In this document: positions 1 to 11,024 of the stretch, piece after piece
Numbering within the stretch: position 1 is the first letter of the stretch
Layout: every line of letters starts with the position of its first letter
NCBI GenBank assembly: GCA_046861385.1
Contig: JBHHTW010000008.1
Coordinates: 8,877 to 72,876 of the forward strand
DNA length: 64,000 bases
DNA from: Fidelibacterota bacterium
Lineage (GTDB): Bacteria > Fidelibacterota > Marinisomatia > Marinisomatales > TCS55
Direction of reading: 5' to 3'
The notes under the pieces: generated by a model
Told to the model about the DNA's origin: nothing
The model's database searches: none
The model's input: only the letters and a program-made list of their open reading frames with translations
Made by a program: the position numbers and the translations under genes

Positions 1-2084
1 GCCCGGGCCGCATCCATGGCTGTATTTCCACCGCCAATGACGGCCACTCGATTACCAATTGAATTCGTTTCTCCACGACGAACTTTCGATAAAAAGGTTA
101 GCGGTTCTACAACGTTTGGTAGTTCTTCTCCATCAATATTTAATTTCTTATTCTTTTGAGCACCCGGGCTTATATATATATAATCAAATTCTTTTTGAAA
201 CATGTCAAAAAGGTTTTTATCTACCATGGAATTATAATGAATATTTACGCCCTTGGATTCAACAAGGTCTATGTCATTTTGAATGCTCTCGCCGGTAAGT
301 CTGAACACAGGAATGGCATCAGATACCATACCGCCTGAAAACGGTTTTGCTTCATGGATGTGTACTTCAAAACCCTCTAATGCTAAAAAGTAGGCACAAG
401 ATAATCCGGATGGACCGGCGCCTATAATCGCGGCTTTTATTCCATTTGATGGTTTTGGTGGTAAACTTAAGACTTGACCATTTTCCGTAGCAAAACGCTT
501 GATTTCCCGAATCAGCAATGTACTATCCAAATTACTGCGGGTGCATTTCATTTGACAAAGATGGTCGCAGACAGAACCCGTAACGCCGGGAAGTGGATTG
601 GTACGAATAATTGTTTTGTAAGCTTGATTAATATCGCCTGCAGCAACATGGTGCATATATTCAGGGATTTCTTGGTCTGTGGCACAATTTTCAATGCAAG
701 GAGCCTTTATACAATCAAAGGCTGTCAATTCCCGGTCTGTTTTGATGGACTCAAAATGTTTATTCTCTTTGTGGTACGCTGGATTGCTTAATACAGATTC
801 TGCATAACGATTAAGATTATTTAAACCCGATTGTTTTAAATCAGAACCTCCATCATTTTTTAAGATATATTCATCAATAGAAGCGGCATTTACTTCTGAA
901 AATCGCCTGTTTATTTCACTCAAATATTGGGTAAACCGTGTATAGCCACCAGGCTTTAGAATATCGGTACAAACTGTGATGGGTTTAATATTGGCGGCTA
1001 AAACATCCGGTACATTGAAGGCATCCGTCCCTGCAGAAAACGAAATGTCAAGAATCCCATTAAATTCATTTTGTAGTTTAGCCGCCAAATTGATGCTGAT
1101 GGGATGCAAAGCACGACCGCTCAAATACATCATGTTTTCTTTTTCGGAGAAAATGGATCTATGGTTTTCCACTTCCAACGTATTGGTAAGTTTTAGACCA
1201 AAAGCAACCCCCCGCTTACCTGCTTTTATCTGAAGATTATTAATCAAATTCAATGCGTCGGGATATTTTAAATCGTGGTCAAATGCTTCATCAGGTACGA
1301 CCACATTCTTGTACCCTAAATGCTCATTTAATATTTTCCGTAGACGATCCGTCCCAAGTAATGTCGGATTTAACTTTATAGTAGTATTGTACCCTCTTTC
1401 TTCAATGAGATACGTCCCGATTGCTTCAATTTCATGGGGTGGACAACCGTGCATAGTCGACAAGGTGAGATTATCGGAAAGGGTTGCGGGGATATTCAGA
1501 TTTTTTACATTGGGGTAAATATCTGAAATCTGTTCTAATCGTATGCCCAATTCCGGTTGGCTGTTTTCCATCAAATCCAGAAACTGCTGAACATTCGCAT
1601 TTTTAATTCCAGCCAAATCGTAACCGGCACTCATATTGAAAATGCCGCCTAAATCTATGTTCACTCCCCAATCAAATTTATCCTTTAATATGTGGATAAT
1701 GATCCAAGCATTTAAATATTCAGAGAAAGATTGATGAAGCCGTAATTCCTGGGACCATTCACAATTATAACCTTCGTCCTGCATGTCAATACAGGGTTTT
1801 GATACTTCAAGTTTATCCAGTGTTTGAATCGTTTTCAATTCAATGTACCTTGCACCCATAAGCCAAGATAGTACGATATTTTGCGACATTTGAGTGTGGG
1901 GTCCTGCTGCTACACCGATAGGCGTTTCCATCAGTTGTCCGTACCGATTCATTCTAAAAACATCGCTTTGCGCCGGCTGAAAGAATAAGTCTGTTGTAAC
2001 TCCAAAGATGCTTCCGTGTTTTTCTTCTTCAAGAATCCATTTTAGCAAATGCCGGAGTTTTATGGGATACAGTTTATCAGACAC
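1..2084 (-). CDS. ygfK: YgfK-family Fe-S flavoprotein oxidoreductase ('putative selenate reductase'), 3'-truncated by window edge
   Basis: Absent from the ORF track because it has no stop inside the window. Segments translated manually from GTG at 2084 are all in one frame: MSDKLYPIKLRHLLKWILEEE..TPIGVAAGPHTQMSQNIVLSWLMGARYIELKTIQ..KPCIDMQDEGYNCEWSQEL..FDCIKAPCIENC..IIGAGPSGLSCA..VAVIGGGNTAMDAAR. These match YgfK motifs. Confidence 0.92.
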   Translation of the reverse strand, partial: MSDKLYPIKLRHLLKWILEEEKHGSIFGVTTDLFFQPAQSDVFRMNRYGQLMETPIGVAAGPHTQMSQNIVLSWLMGARYIELKTIQTLDKLEVSKPCIDMQDEGYNCEWSQELRLHQSFSEYLNAWIIIHILKDKFDWGVNIDLGGIFNMSAGYDLAGIKNANVQQFLDLMENSQPELGIRLEQISDIYPNVKNLNIPATLSDNLTLSTMHGCPPHEIEAIGTYLIEERGYNTTIKLNPTLLGTDRLRKILNEHLGYKNVVVPDEAFDHDLKYPDALNLINNLQIKAGKRGVAFGLKLTNTLEVENHRSIFSEKENMMYLSGRALHPISINLAAKLQNEFNGILDISFSAGTDAFNVPDVLAANIKPITVCTDILKPGGYTRFTQYLSEINRRFSEVNAASIDEYILKNDGGSDLKQSGLNNLNRYAESVLSNPAYHKENKHFESIKTDRELTAFDCIKAPCIENCATDQEIPEYMHHVAAGDINQAYKTIIRTNPLPGVTGSVCDHLCQMKCTRSNLDSTLLIREIKRFATENGQVLSLPPKPSNGIKAAIIGAGPSGLSCAYFLALEGFEVHIHEAKPFSGGMVSDAIPVFRLTGESIQNDIDLVESKGVNIHYNSMVDKNLFDMFQKEFDYIYISPGAQKNKKLNIDGEELPNVVEPLTFLSKVRRGETNSIGNRVAVIGGGNTAMDAAR

Positions 2085-2910
2085 GTATATTTTCCATAGT
2101 GTATTTCAAAACATTTTTCAGCACCATTCTCCGATATTCAGCAGTAGCTCTTATATCGTCAATAGGAGAAATATCTTCATCTATTAGCTGAATTGCTTTT
2201 TCTAAAGAAACACCGTTTATTATTGCATCAGTAAAAGATTTAAAATAAACAATGGTCGAGGCTACCGCACCGGCTGCAATATTTAGAGAGGTAAATGCTT
2301 GATTTATGTTCAAATTATATACAATTGCAAAATTGACAACCGCAATAGCCATAGATCGGCGTAAACCTAATTTATAAAATAGAGATTTTTCACCTTTTCG
2401 TGGCAAATGAATTTCTGATACAATTTCTCCTGCTTCCAAAACAGTTTTTCCGGGACCTAAAATAAAATCTGATATAGGTAAGAGCCGTATACCGTTTGGT
2501 CCTTTCATCTGAATCTTTGCTTGATGTGCATACAATCCGGGCAACAGGTCTCCTGCAGGCGATGCATTACAAATATTACCCCCAATAGTGGCCCGGTTCC
2601 GGATTTGAATACCGGCAAATTGCCTTGCAGCTTCGGATAATGAACTATATTCATTGTTAATCAATGATGAATTCTTTATGTCGTGAATGGTTGTTAATGC
2701 TCCAATGATAATTTCATCCTCATTTTCCCGGATTCCCCCAAAATCACCCATTTTCTTAATATCAACGAGGACATCTGGCATTAACTCTTTATCAAGTTCC
2801 CAACTCGGCATTAAATCAGTTCCGCCTGCAAATACACCGCACTCAAGGTGTGAATGATCCAACAAGATCTGTTTGAATTCCTTAAAAGATGACGGTGTTT
2901 TATAAATCAT
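2077..2910 (-). CDS. Xanthine dehydrogenase-family FAD-binding subunit (XdhB/CoxM-like)
   Basis: AGGTDL and QIRNRATIGGNICNASPAGD motifs; C-terminal PIDDIRATAEYR. Confidence 0.92.
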   Translation of the reverse strand: MIYKTPSSFKEFKQILLDHSHLECGVFAGGTDLMPSWELDKELMPDVLVDIKKMGDFGGIRENEDEIIIGALTTIHDIKNSSLINNEYSSLSEAARQFAGIQIRNRATIGGNICNASPAGDLLPGLYAHQAKIQMKGPNGIRLLPISDFILGPGKTVLEAGEIVSEIHLPRKGEKSLFYKLGLRRSMAIAVVNFAIVYNLNINQAFTSLNIAAGAVASTIVYFKSFTDAIINGVSLEKAIQLIDEDISPIDDIRATAEYRRMVLKNVLKYTMENIRV

Positions 2911-3380
2911 ATCTTTGTGCCTGCTACTTCTATGGCATCAACTATTTTTTGGTATCCCGTACAGCGGCAGATATTCCCCGATAAATCCTCACGGATGGTT
3001 CGTCTATCAGGAGAGTCATGGTCTTTAATTATCTGCTCACCAGATAATATCATTCCAGGAATGCAATAACCACATTGGACTGAATGATGATCTACAAACG
3101 TTTGTTGTATTTTATTTAGCGTTTTACCATTAGACAATCCTTCAATTGTCATCAATTCAGATCCATTGGCTTCAACAGCAAGAATAAGGCAGGAATTAAC
3201 TGTTTTCCCATCAAATACTATTGTGCACGCTCCACATTCTCCCTCTCCGCAAACCTCCTTGGCTCCTGTAAGATTCAAATTATTTCGGAGAAAGTCCAAT
3301 AATTTAAGACCGGCGGGGACTTCAGCATGAATTCTGTTCCCATTTACTATCACAGAAATTGGGTAAAGTGAATCAGTCAT
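2907..3380 (-). CDS. Xanthine dehydrogenase-family [2Fe-2S] subunit (CoxS-like)
   Basis: CGEGECGACT, QCGYC and NICRCTGY motifs. Confidence 0.95.
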   Translation of the reverse strand: MTDSLYPISVIVNGNRIHAEVPAGLKLLDFLRNNLNLTGAKEVCGEGECGACTIVFDGKTVNSCLILAVEANGSELMTIEGLSNGKTLNKIQQTFVDHHSVQCGYCIPGMILSGEQIIKDHDSPDRRTIREDLSGNICRCTGYQKIVDAIEVAGTKI

Positions 3381-4611
3381 TTATCTGATTCCACGTTTCA
3401 TTAAAGGAATCCAAATTAGGTGAAATAGGCATTGGAACCTTAATCATCTGCTGGGCAGCATCTATATCTTTAAGTCCTGTACCGGTAATCAATACGGTAG
3501 CAGTCTCATCAAAATTGATTTTGCTATCATTTGCTGATTTTATCAGTCCGGCCAAGGCTGCGGCGGCTGCCGGTTCTGCAAATAACCCTGTCGTTTTCGA
3601 CAGATGATGTTGTGCACTTAATATTTCTGCATCGGTTACTTTAAGACCATAGCCCTGACTTTCTTTTACAGCTCGGATGGCTTTCTGTCCATCCCTGGGC
3701 TTATTAACAGATATGCTGTCGGCAATTGTATCAGAACTCACAGGAATAATCGTACTACTTTCCAATGCATCCACAATTGCTGAAGATCCTTCAGCCTGAA
3801 TGGCAACAAGTTTTGGCATTCTTTCTATCCAACCCAGTTGTTGCAAATCGTGGAATCCCTTGTAAACACCTCCGATGATACATCCGTCACCAACCGGTAC
3901 GAATACTTGATCTGGAATTTTCCAATTCAATTGTTCGGTTATTTCCAATGCCACTGTTTTCTTCCCTTCCGACATAATGGGATTCGTTCCCGTGCTTCTG
4001 GAATACCAGCCTGTTGTTTTCACAATTTCCTCTGATAAATCGAAGGCGTCATCGTAGCTGCCACTCACTGGAAAAAATTTGGCTCCATATTGTAAAACCT
4101 GAGTCAATTTAGCTGGTGGAGCAGAAGACGGTGCAATAATGATGGCATTCATTTGATGGTACGCTGATAAACAAGCCAGAGAAGCAGCCGCATTTCCGGT
4201 TGATGCAACCACCATTGACTCAAATTCTAACTCTTTGGCATGTTGAACGCCAACTTCTGTGGCCCGGTCTTTCAAGGAACCGGAAGGATTTCTGGTATCA
4301 TCTTTTAGCCATAGGTCTTTAATACCTAATTCTCTTGCTAATCGGGTTTGGTTTACCAATGGCGTTGCTCCAACCAAAATAGATGTATTGTTCGGACAAT
4401 GGTTTACGGGTAAAATGGGAAGATATCTCCAGATAGAACGATCACAATTTTCCAATAACTGTTTGGTAGACCAACCCTTTTTGATTTGGTCATAATCATA
4501 GACAGCATCCAAATTGGAATTACATTTTTCACATGTGTAGAGGAAAGGATCAGCTAATGAAAATTCATCACAGGAAATACAACGATATCCAATATGGAAA
4601 GATTGTGTCAT
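3373..4611 (-). CDS. Threonine synthase-like PLP enzyme (fold type II)
   Basis: N-terminal CxxC/CxxC, NPSGSLKDRA PLP-lysine motif, ASTGNAA, PVGDG, TGTGLKD. Confidence 0.85.
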   Translation of the reverse strand: MTQSFHIGYRCISCDEFSLADPFLYTCEKCNSNLDAVYDYDQIKKGWSTKQLLENCDRSIWRYLPILPVNHCPNNTSILVGATPLVNQTRLARELGIKDLWLKDDTRNPSGSLKDRATEVGVQHAKELEFESMVVASTGNAAASLACLSAYHQMNAIIIAPSSAPPAKLTQVLQYGAKFFPVSGSYDDAFDLSEEIVKTTGWYSRSTGTNPIMSEGKKTVALEITEQLNWKIPDQVFVPVGDGCIIGGVYKGFHDLQQLGWIERMPKLVAIQAEGSSAIVDALESSTIIPVSSDTIADSISVNKPRDGQKAIRAVKESQGYGLKVTDAEILSAQHHLSKTTGLFAEPAAAAALAGLIKSANDSKINFDETATVLITGTGLKDIDAAQQMIKVPMPISPNLDSFNETWNQIND

Positions 4612-6074
4612 TCGTATTTTTTTAGTAAACCTGTTTTTTCATTGAATTCCGTTATTTTCTCGTCCCATGTATTTACTTGACTGTATGAGTTTGTCCAGTA
4701 ATTGTCATCATACCATTGGGCATCCAGCTCTTCAACGGTTTTTCCTTGTTGTTCAATCCACGTAAAATATTTCAGGTTATGCATCCGCTTTTTATCAAGG
4801 TAGGAAAGCTCCATCACCCCTTCTGAATCCAGTCCCATGAGTCGGGCTTCAAAATCTACAGCTGCTCTTTGAGTCGAATATTCACCATACTTTTCACGTT
4901 CTTCAACTAATCGTGAGCCATACATTTCCATAGAGTCCGTGCCCACCGTAAAGACCATGTCATTTTCATTAAATTCATAATATTTTGCCATTTTTATTGC
5001 ACCTGCCAGGTTCGCAATTCCGGAAATACCAAGGAGATGAAGCTGGTCAACGATATTAGAGGACACACCTTGTTCCTTTAGAAAGTCCATACCTATTGAT
5101 TCATTAAATAACTGCATGAGACGAATGGAGATTTCATCATCGATACCGATAATCATATCCATATTTTTCATATTATGAATCCAGGGTACGTGTTTATCGC
5201 CAATCCCTTCAATACGGTGCGTGCCATAACCATTATACAAAAGTGTTGGACATTGAAGCGCCTCTCCTGCGGCGATTTTCATGGCTGGGAATTTTTCGCG
5301 CAAAAAATCCCCGGCGCCCAACGTGCCGGCCGATCCTTGGGTTAAGAACAATCCACTGAAACGCGAAGTATCCATTTTTTCTTGCATAAAGACTTCCTTC
5401 ATCGCTGAGCCGGTAATGGCATAATGCCACAATGGATTGGCAATTTCTTCAAACTGATTTAACACAACTAAATCGTCTCCGCGCTCCTTCTTCAATGCTT
5501 TTGTTTTGTCGTAAATCTCCTTTACGTTGCTTTCACTTCCGGGAGTCCGGTGCACTTCAGATCCAATCTCTTCCAGCCAGTCAAAACGCTCTTGACTCAT
5601 TTCTTCAGGCAAAACGGACACAGACGGACAACCGAGCAATGCAGAATTAAATGATCCGCCTCTGCAGTAATTCCCTGTGGAAGGCCATAAGGCTTTCTGC
5701 CGGGTTGGATCAAACTTGCCAGTAATTAATCGTTGTACCAACGGACCAAATGTTGCTCCGACCTTGTGAGTTCCAGTTGGGAAATATTTTCCGAGCAATA
5801 CAAAAATCCGAGCCTTTACCCCGGAGAGTTCTTTTGGAATTTCCAAATAATTCACGTTTCCAAATCCCCCGCCTGTCTCCGCTGGTTCATTTTTCCAGGT
5901 AATTCGAAATAAATTTCTCGGATTGACATCCCAAAGTCCGATACTGGATAATTCCGATTTAATTTTTTCAGGAATTTTTTCCGGGTATCGCATTTGTTCA
6001 TACGTCGGTATCAGGATATTTCTTTCCCGGCAAAGGCGAATAGCATTTTCTAATATTTTTTCTTTTGTTGTCAT
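4608..6074 (-). CDS. PLP-dependent enzyme, TrpB/cysteine synthase superfamily (fold type II), function unknown
   Basis: FPTGTHKVGA (putative PLP Lys), WPSTGNYCRG, GSAGTLG, HRIEGIG. Confidence 0.8.
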   Translation of the reverse strand: MTTKEKILENAIRLCRERNILIPTYEQMRYPEKIPEKIKSELSSIGLWDVNPRNLFRITWKNEPAETGGGFGNVNYLEIPKELSGVKARIFVLLGKYFPTGTHKVGATFGPLVQRLITGKFDPTRQKALWPSTGNYCRGGSFNSALLGCPSVSVLPEEMSQERFDWLEEIGSEVHRTPGSESNVKEIYDKTKALKKERGDDLVVLNQFEEIANPLWHYAITGSAMKEVFMQEKMDTSRFSGLFLTQGSAGTLGAGDFLREKFPAMKIAAGEALQCPTLLYNGYGTHRIEGIGDKHVPWIHNMKNMDMIIGIDDEISIRLMQLFNESIGMDFLKEQGVSSNIVDQLHLLGISGIANLAGAIKMAKYYEFNENDMVFTVGTDSMEMYGSRLVEEREKYGEYSTQRAAVDFEARLMGLDSEGVMELSYLDKKRMHNLKYFTWIEQQGKTVEELDAQWYDDNYWTNSYSQVNTWDEKITEFNEKTGLLKKYE

Positions 6075-6091
6075 ATTGAATCCTTTTATTC

Positions 6092-7060
6092 TTACAATTG
6101 ATCAGAAACGATTTCTGTACCTGCCTTACCTCCCAGGGCATCCATCATCTTTTCTACAGATGAAATAATGGACCGCTGTCCCCCATTTTCTATAAATGCA
6201 ATGCAGGCTTCTACTTTCGGTGCCATACTGCCGGATGGAAACTGACCCTCTTTCAGGTATTTTTTTGCTTCCGAAATGCTGATTTTTCCCAGGGGAATTT
6301 GTTGGGGAGTTCCAAAATTCAGGTATACCTGATCAATATCCGTCAGCACAAGAAAAATGTCTCCATGGACAATTTCGGCCAACCGTTGCCCTGCTTTATC
6401 CTTGTCTACCACTGCTTCAATACCGGATAATTCGCCACTTTCCCCTCGAATAACCGGAATGCCTCCTCCTCCGGATGTAATGACAATGACTCGATTATCT
6501 AGGAGAACTTTGATTGCTTCCGCTTCCACCAGGTTTACCGGATCTGGAGAGGGAACAACGCGACGCCAGCTTTTTTCAATGCCGGGACTCACTTCTTTTA
6601 CCACATACCCTTTGTTTTGCTGCAAGGCCATGGCTTCATCTTCAGTATAAAACGGACCCACCGGCTTAGACGGATTTTTGAAATTAGGGTCATGTTCATC
6701 AACGATCATCTGGGTAATAACAGTGGCGATGGGAATGTCGCGACCGTCCCTGTGAAAGGCATTTCGGAGCTGGTTTTGAAACATGTAACCAATTTCTCCC
6801 TGAGTCATTGCATCTACTACATCCAGGGGCATCGATGGAACCAAGTCACTTCCTTCTTCCTGCTGAATCAAAAGATTTCCTGCTTGGGGTCCATTGCCGT
6901 GAGTGAGAATCATCAGATAACCCTCTTTGTTCATATTCACTAGTTGGTCACATGTAAGTGCTATATTTTTAAACTGATCATCAGATGTTCCTTCTTCACC
7001 TACCGGTTTGATAGCATTTCCTCCGAGAGCAATTACAACCAATTTTTTTCCGTTTATCAT
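6092..7060 (-). CDS. arcC: Carbamate kinase
   Basis: VIALGGNA, THGNGPQ, PSKPVGPFY, RRVVPSP, GGGGIPV, GSMAPKV. Confidence 0.95.
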   Translation of the reverse strand: MINGKKLVVIALGGNAIKPVGEEGTSDDQFKNIALTCDQLVNMNKEGYLMILTHGNGPQAGNLLIQQEEGSDLVPSMPLDVVDAMTQGEIGYMFQNQLRNAFHRDGRDIPIATVITQMIVDEHDPNFKNPSKPVGPFYTEDEAMALQQNKGYVVKEVSPGIEKSWRRVVPSPDPVNLVEAEAIKVLLDNRVIVITSGGGGIPVIRGESGELSGIEAVVDKDKAGQRLAEIVHGDIFLVLTDIDQVYLNFGTPQQIPLGKISISEAKKYLKEGQFPSGSMAPKVEACIAFIENGGQRSIISSVEKMMDALGGKAGTEIVSDQL

Positions 7061-7174
7061 ATTATTCTTTAATAACCTTGTGATTGGTTAGTGGTAACTG
7101 GTGGAGTTATGATTATACCCATTTTAACTTTTTGGCGTTCCTTTGCGTTCTCCGGGACTAATAAATAAATCATT

Positions 7175-8356
7175 TTAGAATCGTTTCTCCCCTTTCCTTA
7201 GGATTTGATCTAAATTATTTATCGGATCTTCCAACCTCCCTAAAAACATCATAGACGCAATCACGAAGGGTTTATAGCTGGCTTCCAGGTAGGTCTCTCT
7301 TCGATATCGCTCAAAGACAGACTGGCTGACTTCTCCCTTTTCACAACTGACACTACTAATATCTGCCGGCAGACAATGCATATAGAGCGCTTTCCCCTTT
7401 TTAGTTAAAGACATTTTTTCTTCATCGCATTCCCAATCCTTGAATCGGGCATTATTGGCTAATGCCTCTTTTTCCAGTGACGCCAAACCATCATTATCAC
7501 CGGATTTTAATAAGTCGGTTCGTTTTTCCATCACTTGGTAAGGTGCCCATGATTTTGGATAAACTATATCTGCTCCATTGAAGGCCTCTTTCATATCATT
7601 AACCATGGTAAAAGAGCCACCGCTTGCTTCCGCTTGCTTTCCAGCAAGGTCAACCACCTCCGGAATTAATCCATATCCTTGAGGATGGGCCAAAGTAACG
7701 TCCATTCCAAATCGTGTCATTAGTCCAATAATTCCCTGAGGAACAGACAACGGTTTTCCGTAGCTGGGCGAATACGCCCATGTCATGGCGATTTTCTTGC
7801 CACGAAGATTTTCCAGCGAGCCAAACGTCTGTTTCAGCATGGCCAAATCAGACATGCTCTGGGTTGGGTGATCAATATCGCACTGAAGATTCACCAATGC
7901 AGGTCGTTGATGGAGAGTTCCTTCCTCAAATCCAGTTTGCACAGCTTCCGCCACTTCCACCATATATTGATGTCCTTCTCCCAGATACAAATCATCCCGA
8001 ATTCCAATTACATCTGTCATAAACGAAATCATGTTTGCTGTTTCGCGGACGGTCTCACCGTGAGCAATTTGGGATTTTTCTTCGTCCAAATCCGATACTG
8101 CCAATCCTAATGCGTTGGCAGCAGACGCAAAACTGAATCGTGTTCGTGTGGATTTATCTCGGAATATGGATATTGCCAATCCAGTTTCAAATGTTTTGAA
8201 GGATAATCCTTTTCGATGCATTTCCCGGAACAACTCAGCAAGAAATAATGTGGCTTTTATTTCGTCATAGGATTTTTCCCAGGTAAGCAGAAAATCTTTT
8301 CCATATCCGCTGATATCCAGTTGTGTGATTTGATTAAATGTCTCTTTTAGATTCAT
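7175..8356 (-). CDS. ygeW: Knotted carbamoyltransferase YgeW
   Basis: [57 protein letters not shown]. Confidence 0.95.
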   Translation of the reverse strand: MNLKETFNQITQLDISGYGKDFLLTWEKSYDEIKATLFLAELFREMHRKGLSFKTFETGLAISIFRDKSTRTRFSFASAANALGLAVSDLDEEKSQIAHGETVRETANMISFMTDVIGIRDDLYLGEGHQYMVEVAEAVQTGFEEGTLHQRPALVNLQCDIDHPTQSMSDLAMLKQTFGSLENLRGKKIAMTWAYSPSYGKPLSVPQGIIGLMTRFGMDVTLAHPQGYGLIPEVVDLAGKQAEASGGSFTMVNDMKEAFNGADIVYPKSWAPYQVMEKRTDLLKSGDNDGLASLEKEALANNARFKDWECDEEKMSLTKKGKALYMHCLPADISSVSCEKGEVSQSVFERYRRETYLEASYKPFVIASMMFLGRLEDPINNLDQILRKGEKRF

Positions 8357-9582
8357 TGCATCTTTTCCAATTGTTGTTTTTTCTGTAAATAAACCAGTGG
8401 AATTACCACATACATGGCTGCTGCTTCCACCAATTCACTTTTCCATGTTTTTTCGTTTGGGGCATGTCCTTCTTCTTCATGTCCCGGACCGAAGCCAATG
8501 CAGGGAATTCCGTGGCGACCCATGATGGCCACTCCATTTGTGGAAAACGTCCATTTATCCACGACAGGTTCTTTGTTAAACAAGGATTTATAAGATTCAA
8601 CCAAAGATTGCGTCACAATGTGGTCTTCTTCAATCACCCATGTGGGAAAAAACGCTTCAGTGGGATAGGTAAAACCGGTATAGGATGGTTTTGCATAATT
8701 ATACATTTCCACCGTCGCACTAGCAGCTTTCACCGATGGCAAATTACGGATCTCCTCCAGCGCAGACTCCGGTGTTTCACCCATAGTCAGTCTTCTATCA
8801 ATAGAAATGGTGCATCCATCCGCCACTGCACACCTTGATGGGGAACTGTAAAATATTTCAGATACAGTTAATGTTCCTTTTCCAAGAAATTTGTCATCTT
8901 TTAACTCACGATTAAGTTGTTCCAATTCCATCAGAATAGGCGCCATTTTAAAAATGGCATTATCACCCCGTTCAGGCGCGGAACCATGGCAGCTTACTCC
9001 CGGTGTACTTACCTTAATTTCCATTCGGCCACGATGACCACGATAAATCCGACAGGCGGTTGATTCCGTACTGACCACGAATTCAGGTTTTAATTTTTTA
9101 TTATCCAAAATGTATTGCCAGCAAAGTCCATCGCAATCTTCTTCCTGAACTGTTCCGGTTACAACAAATGTATAATCGTCTTCTAATCCCAAATCTTTGA
9201 TAATTTTTCCTGCATAAACCATAGATGCCATTCCGCCGGTTTGATCCGATGATCCCCGGCCGATAATAATTTCATTATCCTCAAATCCTTCGTACGGATC
9301 ATAGTCCCAGTTTTCTATATTTCCTACGCCAACTGTATCGATATGGGCGTCCATGGCAATCACCGTTTTGCCATTTCCCATAAATCCGTATATATTACCC
9401 ATTTCATCTATTTCTGTTCGGTCAAATCCCACTTTTTCCATTTCTTCTTTTATCCGCAGAATAACCTGTTCCTCCTGGCAGCTTTCGCTGGGAATGGCCA
9501 GAAGATCTCTTAAAAACCGGGATATTTCCGGTTTGTAGGCTTCCGCTTTTTCTAAAATTAGATTGTAATCAATGTTTCTCAC
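8353..9582 (-). CDS. ygeY: YgeY-family M20 hydrolase (selenium metabolism-linked)
   Basis: [37 protein letters not shown]. Confidence 0.93.
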   Translation of the reverse strand: MRNIDYNLILEKAEAYKPEISRFLRDLLAIPSESCQEEQVILRIKEEMEKVGFDRTEIDEMGNIYGFMGNGKTVIAMDAHIDTVGVGNIENWDYDPYEGFEDNEIIIGRGSSDQTGGMASMVYAGKIIKDLGLEDDYTFVVTGTVQEEDCDGLCWQYILDNKKLKPEFVVSTESTACRIYRGHRGRMEIKVSTPGVSCHGSAPERGDNAIFKMAPILMELEQLNRELKDDKFLGKGTLTVSEIFYSSPSRCAVADGCTISIDRRLTMGETPESALEEIRNLPSVKAASATVEMYNYAKPSYTGFTYPTEAFFPTWVIEEDHIVTQSLVESYKSLFNKEPVVDKWTFSTNGVAIMGRHGIPCIGFGPGHEEEGHAPNEKTWKSELVEAAAMYVVIPLVYLQKKQQLEKMQ

Positions 9583-10956
9583 TTATTTATTTCCTTCAAC
9601 TGCGTCCATTTTTTTCCATAGTCGTTTTGACTGTGCCTGGGCATTGTTTAAAATTTCAATTTCTGATATTTCTGTAAATTTATAATCTCGAATTCTGAAT
9701 CGTCCTGCTGTCATTACATCGCTGGGTTTGTCCAGTCCAAATAAGATATGGCCAATCCAATTCCCAGCATGAAATTGGGTTCGCGGATGATAGTCAAAAA
9801 TGGCCAAATCCGCAGAATAACCGGGATCGAGTTTTCCTATTTTCCGATTAAATAATTTTGTGGCAATGTCGGAGTTATTTTTAAACAGCAGCTTTGCATA
9901 ATTCACATTTCCCGACCCACCTGGTAAATGACTGCTTCGAATCAACAACCCTTCCTTTGCTTCAGCCAGCATGTTTCCCTGCATCCCATCCGTTCCCAAT
10001 CCCGCATCCAAATTTTCGATGAGTTCCGATGATGTCATTCCAACTCGATTATTGGCATTGGAAGATGGATTATGCACCAGCATAGCCCCGGTGCGTTTTA
10101 TAATTTCTGAATCTTCAGGCTGAAAATGGATCCCGTGGATGACCAAACTGTTTTCATTTAGAAGGCCAAAAGAATCCAGGCGTTGAATTACGGATGAAAA
10201 CCCACGGTTTTCTGCGTCAATTTGATCAGCTTTATCTTCAGCTGTGTGAACATGAACACCCCAATTTGATTCATGTTTTATTTGTTCTGCAATGCATTGT
10301 AATGATTCATCTGATAGCGTGAATGAAGCATGTAAACCAATAAGCGGTCGAACTGTTTCTGAATTGTTATTTGCTTTATGGAAACGAATATTCTCTTCTA
10401 AACTTTCCTGGAAAGTTTGAGAACCGTTTCGGTCAGTTATTTCAAAAGCACCTGAAATATTGATCCCGAAATTTTTCGCCGTTTCTGTCAGTAATTCCAG
10501 CGACCCTTCTACAAAGTTTTGACTGGAATGGTGATCAATAACCGTCGTCACGCCATGGCGAAGATGATCCAATAATCCTGCCTGAAACGATGCTTTTGTA
10601 CTTTCTTTGTCCAATGCCCTGTCTAATATCCACCAGACTTGTTCAAGAATTTCTGTAAAATTACTCGGATTGCCTTTCGGAAATGGCATCCCCACTGCCA
10701 AAGCGGAGTATAAATGAGCGTGGGCGTTAATCATTCCCGGGAGAACAGTCTTACCGTATAAATCAATTGTTTCATCGACTGAAATAGGAATCTTAATATG
10801 ACCGATTTCTTTGATAATTCCATCCTGGATCAGGATTGACCCGTTTTTGACAAAGTCAATTTCACCGTAAGGATTGACGATGCGGCAGTTTGTGAGTAAC
10901 TCTATTTTCTTTGAAATTTTCATTTTTAATAAAATTGAATCATAATTAATTGTCAT
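9583..10956 (-). CDS. ssnA: SsnA-family amidohydrolase (true start may be ATG at about 10923)
   Basis: PGMINAHAHLYSALA, VTTVIDHHSS, GLHASFTLSD, HVHTAED, GLGTDG; position in the yge/ygf cluster. Confidence 0.88.
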   Translation of the reverse strand: MTINYDSILLKMKISKKIELLTNCRIVNPYGEIDFVKNGSILIQDGIIKEIGHIKIPISVDETIDLYGKTVLPGMINAHAHLYSALAVGMPFPKGNPSNFTEILEQVWWILDRALDKESTKASFQAGLLDHLRHGVTTVIDHHSSQNFVEGSLELLTETAKNFGINISGAFEITDRNGSQTFQESLEENIRFHKANNNSETVRPLIGLHASFTLSDESLQCIAEQIKHESNWGVHVHTAEDKADQIDAENRGFSSVIQRLDSFGLLNENSLVIHGIHFQPEDSEIIKRTGAMLVHNPSSNANNRVGMTSSELIENLDAGLGTDGMQGNMLAEAKEGLLIRSSHLPGGSGNVNYAKLLFKNNSDIATKLFNRKIGKLDPGYSADLAIFDYHPRTQFHAGNWIGHILFGLDKPSDVMTAGRFRIRDYKFTEISEIEILNNAQAQSKRLWKKMDAVEGNK

Positions 10957-10962
10957 TAAACC

Positions 10963-10995
10963 TTGCTAATTACACAAGCGTTGTGTAATTAGCAA
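10963..10995. repeat. Perfect 15-bp inverted repeat (intra-operonic stem-loop)
   Basis: TTGCTAATTACACAA-GCG-TTGTGTAATTAGCAA between the xdhA-like gene and ssnA. Confidence 0.8.
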
Positions 10996-11024
10996 AATAA
11001 ATAAGGTTAATACCTCATTCCTAA

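Noticed and set aside
59-1518. Short plus-strand ORFs in the first 1.5 kb
   Set aside because: They are antisense shadows of the ygfK frame on the minus strand, which the track missed because it runs off the window.
3373-4611. Calling this gene housekeeping thrC
   Set aside because: It is embedded in a purine-catabolic operon with no hom/thrB nearby, so only the family assignment is supported.
7125-7160. TTGGCGTTCCTTTGCGTTCT short repeat between ygeW and arcC
   Set aside because: Too short and degenerate to support a feature.
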